Shown here piece after piece: positions 36,431 to 44,620 of a stretch of DNA of 64,000 bases (its first letter is position 1; every line of letters begins with the position of its first letter). The DNA comes from Planctomycetota bacterium (GTDB lineage Bacteria > Planctomycetota > UBA1135 > GCA-002686595): positions 11,983-75,982 of the forward strand of contig JADYYP010000002.1 in the NCBI GenBank assembly GCA_020853575.1, written 5' to 3'. The notes below the pieces were generated by a model. The model searched no databases and was not told the origin of the DNA. It saw only the letters and a program-made list of their open reading frames with translations. The translations under genes and the position numbers were made by a program.

Positions 36431-37549
36431 ATGCTCATCCCCATCTTGCTCTTGCTCGGCGGCCTGGTCGTCTTGACCGGGGGCGCCGAGCTCCTCGTGC
36501 GCGGCGCCTCGCGCCTGGCGACCGCGTTCGGTGTGTCCGCGTTGGTCGTCGGGCTGACCGTCGTGGCCTTCGGCACCAGCGCGCCCGAGCTGGTGGTCAG
36601 CGTGACGTCGGTCGTGGCGGGCCAGGGCGACATCGCGCTGGGCAATGTCGTCGGCAGCAACATCTTCAACATCCTGTTCATCCTGGGTGTCTCGGCCGTG
36701 ATCACCCCGCTCGCCGTCGCGCAGAAGCTGGTGCGCATCGACACGCCGATCATGATCGGCGTCGCCTTGCTGGCCGGCCTGTTCGCGCTCGATGGCCAGA
36801 TCGGTCGCTGGGACGGCATCGTGCTCGCATTGGGCTTGGCGGCCTTCGTCGTGTTCTGCATCCGCCACGCGCGCCGCGAGTCGCCGGCGGTCACAGCGGA
36901 GTACGAGCGCGAGCATCCGGCGACACCCAAGCAGTCCGGCAACCTGTGGACGTGCTCGCTGGGCATCCTGGTCGGACTCGCGCTGCTAGTCGCAGGCTCG
37001 AAGATGTTCGTCAGCGGCGCCGTCGACATCGCCAAGACGCTGGGCGTCAGTGATCTGGTGATCGGGCTGACGATCGTTGCGGCCGGAACCTCGCTACCCG
37101 AGGTCGCGACCTCGATCATGGCGGCGCTCCGCGGCGAGCGCGACATCGCGGTCGGCAATGTCGTGGGCAGCAACATCTTCAACGTCCTCGGCGTGCTCGG
37201 TGTCAGCGCGGTCGTCGCTCCCGACAGCCTGGGCGTGAGCGCCGCCGCGCTGCGCTTCGACATCCCCGTGATGATCGCGACCAGCTTGGCTTGCGTGCCG
37301 ATCTTCATGACCGGCTTCACCATCGCTCGCTGGGAGGGCGCGCTGTTCCTGGCTTACTACGGTGCCTACACGACGTACCTCGTGCTCGACGCCAGCGACC
37401 ACGATGCGCTGCCGGCGTTCAGTCGGGTGATGCTGCTGTTCGTGGTGCCGCTGTCGGTGCTGGGCTTGGGCGTCGGCGTCGTGCGCACGTTGCGCCGCGA
37501 GCGCGCGCTCGAGCGGCTCGCAGGCGTGCGCGGAGAGACCCAACGATGA
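36431..37549 (+). CDS. Ca2+/Na+ antiporter (CaCA/YrbG family)
   Basis: 372 aa with two alpha-repeats, GTSAPELVVSV...GNVVGSNIFNIL and GTSLPEVATSI...GNVVGSNIFNVL. Confidence 0.85.
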   Translation: MLIPILLLLGGLVVLTGGAELLVRGASRLATAFGVSALVVGLTVVAFGTSAPELVVSVTSVVAGQGDIALGNVVGSNIFNILFILGVSAVITPLAVAQKLVRIDTPIMIGVALLAGLFALDGQIGRWDGIVLALGLAAFVVFCIRHARRESPAVTAEYEREHPATPKQSGNLWTCSLGILVGLALLVAGSKMFVSGAVDIAKTLGVSDLVIGLTIVAAGTSLPEVATSIMAALRGERDIAVGNVVGSNIFNVLGVLGVSAVVAPDSLGVSAAALRFDIPVMIATSLACVPIFMTGFTIARWEGALFLAYYGAYTTYLVLDASDHDALPAFSRVMLLFVVPLSVLGLGVGVVRTLRRERALERLAGVRGETQR

Positions 37550-38739
37550 AGAAGGTCGCGCTGTTCTCGGGGCTGTTGCTGGCGGGCCTGGCGGGCTCGC
37601 AGTGGGTCGCCGGGCTCGAGGGGCCGTCGGCGCACGCGCTGCAGGAGCTGCTGCGCGTGCTGACGATGTTGGCGCTGGGATTCATCATGATCCACGTCGG
37701 CTACGAGTTCGAAATCGACCGGGCGCGCCCCAAGCAGTACGCGGTCGACTACGGGATCGCCGCGACCGCCGCGGCGTTTCCGTGGATCTTCTGCGCGCTG
37801 TACTTCGTGTTCGTGCTCGGAGAGCGCGCGCAGTGGGGCTCGTTCGACACCTGGAAGGAAGCACTGTTGACCAGCCGCTTCGCGGCACCGACGTCGGCCG
37901 GGATCCTGTTCTCGATGCTCGCGGCGGCGGGCCTGTCGGCGACTTGGCTGTTCCGCAAGGCGCGCGTGCTGGCGATCTTCGACGACCTCGACACGGTGCT
38001 GTTCATGATCCCGCTGAAGATGATGATCGTCGGGCTCAGATGGCAGCTCGCGTTCATCGTGCTCGCCATGGTCGTGATGCTGTGGCTCGCCTGGCGCTAC
38101 TTGCACGCGCTGCGCTGGCCGGTGACGTGGCCTTGGGTCTTGACATACGCGGCGTTGATCGTCGGCGTGTCCGAGGCGATCTACAAGGGCAGCAAGCTGC
38201 TCGACGACACGGTCCCAGTGCACATCGAGGTGCTGTTGCCGGCGTTCGTGCTGGGCTGCATGCTGGCGCGACCCGCGGGCCACGATCCGCACGTCGACGA
38301 CGCGCGCGAGGGGCATCAGGAAGGTCCGCCGGAGAGTGGCGAGCAGCGCGTCGCGACCATCGTGTCCGCGGCGTTCATGGTGCTCGTGGGCCTGTCGATG
38401 CCGAAGATCGAGCTCGGCGCGGGCCAGTCGATCGCGACGATCACCTGGCACGTCGCATGGATCACGCTGCTCGCCAATCTCGGCAAGATGTACCCGCTGT
38501 TCTGCTACCACGGCGAGGCGAGCTTCCGCGAGCGCTTGGCGCTGTGCGTCGGCATGTGGCCGCGCGGCGAGGTCGGAGCGGGCGTGCTGGCGGTCTCGCT
38601 GGGCTATGGCATCGCCGGCTTGTCGGTGACCGTCGCGGTGCTGTCGCTCGCGCTCAACCTGGTGTTGACCGGCGCCTTCATCGTCGTGGTCAAGCGACTC
38701 CTGCGCGCCCCCGCGTCACCCGCGGGCGCGAGCACCTGA
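37546..38739 (+). CDS. cation:proton antiporter (Na+/H+ exchanger-like) membrane protein
   Basis: ORF 37291..38739 trimmed to ATG 37546, which overlaps the previous stop (ATGA). The product starts MKKVALFSGLLLAGLAGS and has about 11 TM helices. The family assignment is moderate. Confidence 0.65.
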   Translation: MKKVALFSGLLLAGLAGSQWVAGLEGPSAHALQELLRVLTMLALGFIMIHVGYEFEIDRARPKQYAVDYGIAATAAAFPWIFCALYFVFVLGERAQWGSFDTWKEALLTSRFAAPTSAGILFSMLAAAGLSATWLFRKARVLAIFDDLDTVLFMIPLKMMIVGLRWQLAFIVLAMVVMLWLAWRYLHALRWPVTWPWVLTYAALIVGVSEAIYKGSKLLDDTVPVHIEVLLPAFVLGCMLARPAGHDPHVDDAREGHQEGPPESGEQRVATIVSAAFMVLVGLSMPKIELGAGQSIATITWHVAWITLLANLGKMYPLFCYHGEASFRERLALCVGMWPRGEVGAGVLAVSLGYGIAGLSVTVAVLSLALNLVLTGAFIVVVKRLLRAPASPAGAST

Positions 38740-38759
38740 ATTGCCGCGCCCGTGCCCCG

Positions 38760-41246
38760 TCATTCCAACACGAGCAACGCCATCGCGGTGCCGTAGGCGC
38801 GACCCAGGAGGAACTTGTCCATCCACGTCCCATCGAACTCTTGGGCGGCCAGCACCTCCTCGTGCGTCGCCGCGGCGATCTTCTTCTGCAGCTCCTTCGG
38901 CGCGAACGCGCGCGCAGCCTCGAGCGCGTTGCGATAGGCGAAGAAGAAGTAGTAGCCACCGTGTCCGCGATCGTTGAAGTAGTCGTAGAACCGCTTGGTC
39001 GGTGCACGCAACTCGCGGCGGTGCTCGAGGAAGCGTTGGAGCGCCTGGGCCAGCTTGTCCTTCGATCCGCGGCCGCATTCGAGCAGCGTCGCTTCGCACA
39101 ACGGGTCGCGCGCGATCGAACCGTGCTCGGTGGTCATCCACTCGTGGCCCGACGCGGTCGAGTAGGGGAAGCGCCCACTGGGCTGGCGCATCTTCTCCAA
39201 CGCGTCGAGAGCGCGCGCGAGCACGCCGCGGTCGACGTCGATGCCCGCGCGGTCCGCGCGCCACAGGGCTCGCGCGCACAAGGCGGTGTTGAACGAAGCG
39301 GGGCGCTCGGGGTTGTACACGGTCCAATTGCCGTCGGGCAGTTGGAGCCTCGCGATGCGCTCGACCAGTAGCTTGCACGAGCGCCGCTCGTCCATCCGCA
39401 GCAGCGTGTCGATCACGTAGGGAACGTTGAATGGCTCCATCGCGCGGTAGGCCGGCTGCTCCTCGGTGGCGTAGCTCACCAAGAAGGCCTCGGCGCGCTC
39501 GCGGGACGCCTTGGCTCGCGCCGCGAGCGCCCCGCGGAGCTTGGGCTCCACCTGGGCCAACGCGTCGGCGGCGATGGCGGAGATCGTCGGGTCGACGAAG
39601 CCCTGCGTCACCGGTCCGGAGGACTCGCCGAACGAGCCGTCCTCGCGCTGCAGCTCCAGCAGTGCCGTCACCGAGCGCGCGAGATCGAGCGGGCCATACT
39701 GCGCGCCCTCGGTGCTGCTGGCCAGCTCCCGACCGCGCGGCGCGCTGCGCACGCTGGCCGCGAGATACGGGCGTGGACCGTTGTCGAGCGCACAGGCCGC
39801 GGCGCGCCGACCGAGTGGACTCGTCGACGCCAGGGAGCGGAACGCATCGCGGGCGCGCGTGGTCGAACCCTCGAGCGCCAGGCACCACGCGCTCCAGAAG
39901 CGCGCTTCGTCGGCCTCGTCGCCCTCGAGCTTCCCCGCGGCACCGTCGAAGTGCTCGCGCGCCTCGCTGGGCGCGCCACCGCGCAGCTCGATCCAGCCGC
40001 GCACGAAGTCGGACTGCGCCGATGCGAGCGAGCCCAGCGCCTTGCGCGCGTCCTCGAGCTTGCCCAAGCGCAGGAGCGTGCGCGCGCGCAGCAGCACATG
40101 CTCGGACGAGGTCCCCTTGGCGGTCAGCGCGAGCACGCGTTCGAGCTCGCCGTCGCGGTACAGCTCGCGCGCTTCCTTGGAGCCGGACTTCGCTCCCGCC
40201 GCATCGAGCGCGGAGCGCAGCCAATGGTCGACGAAGTCGTCCGACAGTGTTCCCATGCGCTCGAGCGTCGCCACACGCTTGCCGCGTTCGTCGAACACGA
40301 GCAGGGCCGGAGTGGTGATCTCGCTCGAGAGCGCGTCGAGTCCCGCGAGCTTCTCGGGCTGGAAACGGCTGTCGCTCAGCACGTACGTCGCGCACACCGG
40401 GATCGTGCGGCGCGCGATCAAGTCGCGCACTTCGGGCGACGACAGCGGACCGGCGCGGAACACGAGGTCCTTGGCGTAGCCGTCCTCTTGCAGTCGGATC
40501 GACTTGGCCTCGAGCGTCGTGCGCGCGTCCTGGAGATGCTCCGTGTCGTCCGTGCAGCGCACGTACAGCAGCAGCGGGCGCTTCGCGCTTCGCGCCGCTT
40601 CCAGCGCGCGCTCGCCGTCGAACAGCCAGGGCAGATCCGCCGCGCAGCCGCGTGCGAGCGTCGCCAGCTCGTCGTCGACCGCGCCCGCGGGTCCCGGGGG
40701 CGGTGTCACAGGCTTGTCGGTCGCCTCCAGCGCCAGATCGTCGAACCAAGCCGTGCCGTGGGCCGATAGATAAGCCAGCACGCGGATGAACTTCGCACCC
40801 CGCGGCACCTCGAACACACCGCGCACGCCGCGCCAATCGCAGCTCGAGCCCAGTTGATCGGTCCAGGCGTAGCCCAGCGGATCCGGGCCGTCGCCGAAGA
40901 TCTGCACCATCACCGCGGCGCTGCCGCCCGAGACTTGATCGAGCTTGACGCTCGCGCGGAGCTCGAGGCGCTCCGGCGGCGACTTCGGCAGCTCGACGCG
41001 CTGGTACCAGTTGTAGGGCTGGAGCTGGGCGTCCTTCGGCACGGCGATGCGCAGCGAGCCGCGCTTGCTGGAGCCGACGGCATCGTCGTGCGCGAGCCAT
41101 TCGGCGGGCCCCGCGCGCTCCCAATCGTTGGCGGACGCGAGGTCGCCGTTCTTGATCAGGTTGTCGCCCAGGCCTGAGGCGAGGAGCCACACGAGCGAGG
41201 CGAGCGAGAGGGCCAAGAGAACCTCCGTGTCGGTTGAAGCAAGCAC
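38760..41246 (-). CDS. large exported multidomain protein: beta-sandwich (CBM-like) + thioredoxin-like + TPR-like + prenyltransferase/terpene-cyclase-like alpha-alpha toroid
   Basis: ORF 38760..41465. The start is tentatively the GTG at 41246, ahead of the anchor LLALSLASLVWLLASG. The C-terminal third has four Q-x-x-(D/S)G-x-(W/F) repeats (LQREDGSFGES, LQLPDGNWTVY, MRQPSGRFPYS, AQEFDGTWMDK) typical of the prenyltransferase/squalene-cyclase fold. The N-terminal NLIKNGDLASANDWE...FIRVLAYLSAHGTAWFDDLAL resembles CBM/galactose-binding-like modules. Confidence 0.6.
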   Translation of the reverse strand: MLASTDTEVLLALSLASLVWLLASGLGDNLIKNGDLASANDWERAGPAEWLAHDDAVGSSKRGSLRIAVPKDAQLQPYNWYQRVELPKSPPERLELRASVKLDQVSGGSAAVMVQIFGDGPDPLGYAWTDQLGSSCDWRGVRGVFEVPRGAKFIRVLAYLSAHGTAWFDDLALEATDKPVTPPPGPAGAVDDELATLARGCAADLPWLFDGERALEAARSAKRPLLLYVRCTDDTEHLQDARTTLEAKSIRLQEDGYAKDLVFRAGPLSSPEVRDLIARRTIPVCATYVLSDSRFQPEKLAGLDALSSEITTPALLVFDERGKRVATLERMGTLSDDFVDHWLRSALDAAGAKSGSKEARELYRDGELERVLALTAKGTSSEHVLLRARTLLRLGKLEDARKALGSLASAQSDFVRGWIELRGGAPSEAREHFDGAAGKLEGDEADEARFWSAWCLALEGSTTRARDAFRSLASTSPLGRRAAACALDNGPRPYLAASVRSAPRGRELASSTEGAQYGPLDLARSVTALLELQREDGSFGESSGPVTQGFVDPTISAIAADALAQVEPKLRGALAARAKASRERAEAFLVSYATEEQPAYRAMEPFNVPYVIDTLLRMDERRSCKLLVERIARLQLPDGNWTVYNPERPASFNTALCARALWRADRAGIDVDRGVLARALDALEKMRQPSGRFPYSTASGHEWMTTEHGSIARDPLCEATLLECGRGSKDKLAQALQRFLEHRRELRAPTKRFYDYFNDRGHGGYYFFFAYRNALEAARAFAPKELQKKIAAATHEEVLAAQEFDGTWMDKFLLGRAYGTAMALLVLE

Positions 41247-41479
41247 GACGAGCGCTGGAACGTGAGCGACGCCCGAGCGAGCCGCGCTCGACCGCCAGCC
41301 CTTCTGCCTGGACCGCAGCAGACCACTGGGTCGGCCGCATGTCGAGCCCGCTGGCCGAGCGCTCGCCCGCGGACCTCGAAGGAAGATGCGGCCCGCAGTT
41401 TCTTCCCTCGGCGGAGGAACTTTCCAGGCGCCCAGCCGCGTCGCGCGCTCGGCGGGCCCGGGCACACGCGCGCGGCGCC

Positions 41480-41495
41480 TGGCACCCGCGTTGCC
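41480..41495 (+). promoter_or_regulatory. sigma-54 (-24/-12) promoter element upstream of flgF
   Basis: TGGCAC-CCGCG-TTGCC. Fourteen of 15 positions are identical to the fliK element at 30440. It lies 27 nt before ATG 41522. Confidence 0.6.
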
Positions 41496-41521
41496 TTGCG
41501 ACCTGCGTGAGCGACGGACTG

Positions 41522-42208
41522 ATGAACAGCGTGCAGGCCCTCGGAGCCGCCGAGAAGCGGCTCGAGTCGATTGCCTCGAACCTCGCCAACCTCGGCGTCA
41601 ACGGATTCAAGCGCGGCAGCACCTCGTCGCGTAGCTTCGACGTGTTCCTCGACGGGCGCATGCAGACGCGCACCACCACGCGGCGCACGACCGACTTCTC
41701 GCAGGGCCCACTGCGCGCGACGGGCGAAGAGCTCGACTTCGCGCTGCACGGCAAGGGATTCTTCGGTGTCGAAGGCACCGAAGGCGAGATGTATACGCGC
41801 GACGGGCGCTTCTTCCTCGACGACAAGGGCGTGCTGCAGACCATGGAAGGCCTGCCGGTCGCCTGGGACGGCCCGCGCGGCACGATCGACCCCAACGGCG
41901 GCAAGGTCACGGTCGACTTCGAAGGCAACGTGCGTCAAGGCGAAACGCCGGTCGGCAAGTTGCGCGTCGTCGACTTCGAGCGCGTGGAGCGCTTGCAGGT
42001 CGATCGCCGCGGCTTCTATCGCGCACCCAACGACCTGGCGACCACGCCCAGCACGGCGCAAGTGCGCCAAGGCCACGTCGAGAGCTCCAACGCTTCCGCC
42101 ATCGACGAGCTCGTCGCGCTCGTCGCCGTGCAACGCCAGTTCGAGGCCGGCACGCGCTTGATGTCGACGATCGACCAGAGCTACCGCCGGCTCACCACGC
42201 CGCGCTAG
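41522..42208 (+). CDS. flgF: flagellar basal-body rod protein FlgF
   Basis: ORF 41234..42208 trimmed to MNSVQALGAAEKRLESIASNLANLGVNGFKR (the alternative GTG at 41507 would sit at the predicted transcription start). The C-terminus is VRQGHVESSNASAIDELVALVAVQRQFEAGTRLMSTIDQSYRRL. Confidence 0.85.
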   Translation: MNSVQALGAAEKRLESIASNLANLGVNGFKRGSTSSRSFDVFLDGRMQTRTTTRRTTDFSQGPLRATGEELDFALHGKGFFGVEGTEGEMYTRDGRFFLDDKGVLQTMEGLPVAWDGPRGTIDPNGGKVTVDFEGNVRQGETPVGKLRVVDFERVERLQVDRRGFYRAPNDLATTPSTAQVRQGHVESSNASAIDELVALVAVQRQFEAGTRLMSTIDQSYRRLTTPR

Positions 42209-42246
42209 CCCAGCCAACCAGCCACGACCCCAGGAACCCACCGACG

Positions 42247-43035
42247 ATGATCCGCGCGCTGATGACCGCTGCCTCCGGGATGAAGGTGCAGCAGATGCAG
42301 GTCGACACGATCGCCAACAACATCGCGAACGTGAACACGACCGGCTTCAAGAAGAACGAGCTGTCGTTCCGCGAGATGCTGTACGAGACCATCCGCGATC
42401 CGGGCGCGCCGACGGCGGCTTCGCAGATGACGCCCACCGGCCTGCAGTTCGGCAGTGGCTCGGAGATCGCCGGCTCGACCAAGTCCTTCAAGCAGGGCGA
42501 GGTCGCGCCGACCGGCAACGAGTACGACATGGCGATCACCGGGCCGGGCTTCTTCCGCGTGCGCCTGGGCAACGGCGAGTACCGCTACACGCGCGACGGC
42601 AGCTTCCGCAAGGACGGCTCGAACTCGCTCGTCACCAGCGAAGGCTATCCGCTCGATCCGCCGGTGCAGATCCCGCCCGACGCGATCACCACGATCATCG
42701 GCGAGGACGGGACGATCAACATCCTGAAGAGCGACTCCGGTCTGCCGGAAGCCCTGACCAACATCTCGATGTTCCGCTTCTCCAACCCCAGCGGACTCAA
42801 GGCGCAGGGCGGCAATCTGTATTCGGAGACGGCCAGCTCCGGCCAGCCACAGCAAGCGACGCCGGGCAGCGATGGCACGGGCTTGCTCAAGCAGGGCTAC
42901 GTCGAGCGCTCCAACGTGCAAGTGGTCGACGAGCTGGTCTCGCTGATCCTGGCGCAGCGCAACTACGAGATCAACAGCCGCGCGATCAAGGTCTCGGACG
43001 AGATGCTGCAGCAAGTCAACAACATGATCCGCTGA
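42247..43035 (+). CDS. flgG: flagellar basal-body distal rod protein FlgG
   Basis: 262 aa. The N-terminus is MIRALMTAASGMKVQQMQVDTIANNIANVNTTGFKK. The C-terminus is LKQGYVERSNVQVVDELVSLILAQRNYEINSRAIKVSDEMLQQVNNM. Confidence 0.95.
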   Translation: MIRALMTAASGMKVQQMQVDTIANNIANVNTTGFKKNELSFREMLYETIRDPGAPTAASQMTPTGLQFGSGSEIAGSTKSFKQGEVAPTGNEYDMAITGPGFFRVRLGNGEYRYTRDGSFRKDGSNSLVTSEGYPLDPPVQIPPDAITTIIGEDGTINILKSDSGLPEALTNISMFRFSNPSGLKAQGGNLYSETASSGQPQQATPGSDGTGLLKQGYVERSNVQVVDELVSLILAQRNYEINSRAIKVSDEMLQQVNNMIR

Positions 43036-43044
43036 GCCACGCCC

Positions 43045-43974
43045 ATGCTCCTCGCACTCTTGTTCAGCGGCGTCACGATCAAGCTGCTCCCGGAAGCGCA
43101 CGTGCGCGGCACCGAGATCGAGCTGGCCACGATCGCCTCGATCGAAGGCGACGACCCGGCCGAGGTCGCGCGCGTCAAGTCGCTCAAGCTGGGCTACGCG
43201 CCGGCTCCGGGCTACTCGCGCCTGATCGTCGGCTCGCGTCTGTCGAGCGACGTCACGCGACTGATTCCCGGCATCGCGGTCACGCTGAAGGGCGCGGACA
43301 CTTGCCGCGTGCTACCGGCGACCGAGCGCGTCCAAGGCGCGACGATCGAAGCGGCGGCGCGCGCCGAGGTGCTGCGATGGTTCGAGGGACGCGACATCGA
43401 GCTCGAGCTGATCTCGCTGGTGCCCGACGTCGAGCTGCCCAGCGGCGACAAGCCGACCGAGCTGCGTGCGGTGTACAGCGATGCGAATCAGAAGGCCGGT
43501 CCGATCAACGTTCCGGTGCGCCTGATGGTCAACGGCGGCATCTACCGCACCGTGTGGACCAACTGGCGCCTGTCGGTTTGGGAGCTCGCCAGCGTGCCCA
43601 AGCGCGCCATCGCCAACGGCGAGACGATCACGCTCGACATGCTCGAGTCGCGGCGCGTGCTGTCGCCGGGGAGCGGGCCCGAAGCCGCGCTCGCGGCTGG
43701 CCTGGCCGTGGGAGCGACGGCCAAGCGCGAGCTCCAGGCCGGCGTCCCGTTGCGTGAGATGGACGTCTCGCGCCCGGTGCTGGTCAAGCGCGGCGATGCG
43801 CTGCTGGTCGAAGTTCGCCGCGGCAACGTGCACGCGCGCACGGCGGCCACCGCCGAAGCCGACGCGCGCTCCGGCGAGCGCATCCGCGTGACCGTGATCG
43901 ACTCCAAGCGTGCTCTCACCGCCACGGTCGTGTCGCGCGACCTGGCCATCATCGAACTCGGCCGCGACCAGTGA
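43045..43974 (+). CDS. flgA: flagellar P-ring assembly chaperone FlgA
   Basis: 309 aa, positioned between flgG and flgH. The C-terminal SAF/ChapFlgA-type segment reads VKRGDALLVEVRRGNVHARTAATAEADARSGERIRV. Confidence 0.7.
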   Translation: MLLALLFSGVTIKLLPEAHVRGTEIELATIASIEGDDPAEVARVKSLKLGYAPAPGYSRLIVGSRLSSDVTRLIPGIAVTLKGADTCRVLPATERVQGATIEAAARAEVLRWFEGRDIELELISLVPDVELPSGDKPTELRAVYSDANQKAGPINVPVRLMVNGGIYRTVWTNWRLSVWELASVPKRAIANGETITLDMLESRRVLSPGSGPEAALAAGLAVGATAKRELQAGVPLREMDVSRPVLVKRGDALLVEVRRGNVHARTAATAEADARSGERIRVTVIDSKRALTATVVSRDLAIIELGRDQ

Positions 43975-44606
43975 AACGACCCATGAAGAAGCTCCTCGCC
44001 TTGGCCTCGCTGCTCCCGCTGCTCGCGACGCTCGCCCACGCGCAGACGCGTCCTGGCTCGGTGTACAACCCCGACCGCTCTCCTGGCTCGCCGATCACCG
44101 CCAAGATCGCGGTGCAGAAGGGCGACATCGTTACGGTGCTGATCGCGGAATCGCAGAACGTCCGCAACCAAGAGCAGTCGGACCTCTCGAAGTCCACCAA
44201 CCTCAATTACAAGGTCAACCTGTTCGACCTCAAGCCCAACGTGTTCAACGCGCTGCCGACCGTGGTCGACGCGGACTCGACCGACGGGTTCATCGGTCAG
44301 GCAAAGTACGAGAAGTCCGGTGCGTTCACCGCGCGCTTGGCGGCAATGGTGGTCGACGTGTTGCCCAACGGCAATCTGGTGATCAGCGGACGGCGCGAGA
44401 TCCGCATCGACGAGGAAACCAAGCTGATCGAGTTCTCCGGCGTGGTGCGGCGCTTCGACATCAGCGCGGCCAACACCGTGACCAGCGAGCTCGTCGCCAA
44501 CGCGACGGTGGTCTACAAAGGCCAAGGTCCGATGACGGCGAGCACCAACCGCCGCGGACTGGGTAGCTGGTTCCACGACGCGATCTCCTGGCTGTGGCCC
44601 TTCTGA
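43971..44606 (+). CDS. flgH: flagellar L-ring protein FlgH
   Basis: 211 aa. The start overlaps the flgA stop (GTGA; alternative ATG at 43983). A signal peptide is followed by GSPITAKIAVQKGDIVTVLIAESQNV...LVISGRREIRIDEETKLIEFSGVVRRFDI. Confidence 0.9.
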   Translation: MKRPMKKLLALASLLPLLATLAHAQTRPGSVYNPDRSPGSPITAKIAVQKGDIVTVLIAESQNVRNQEQSDLSKSTNLNYKVNLFDLKPNVFNALPTVVDADSTDGFIGQAKYEKSGAFTARLAAMVVDVLPNGNLVISGRREIRIDEETKLIEFSGVVRRFDISAANTVTSELVANATVVYKGQGPMTASTNRRGLGSWFHDAISWLWPF

Positions 44607-44620
44607 GCCGAGGCGCGCCG

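Noticed and set aside
41247-41465. ATG at 41465 as the start of the 38760.. multidomain gene.
   Set aside because: It would add 73 Arg/Pro/Gly-rich residues ahead of the hydrophobic anchor and push the gene almost into the flgF sigma-54 element. I kept the internal GTG at 41246 as the tentative start, but this is unresolved.
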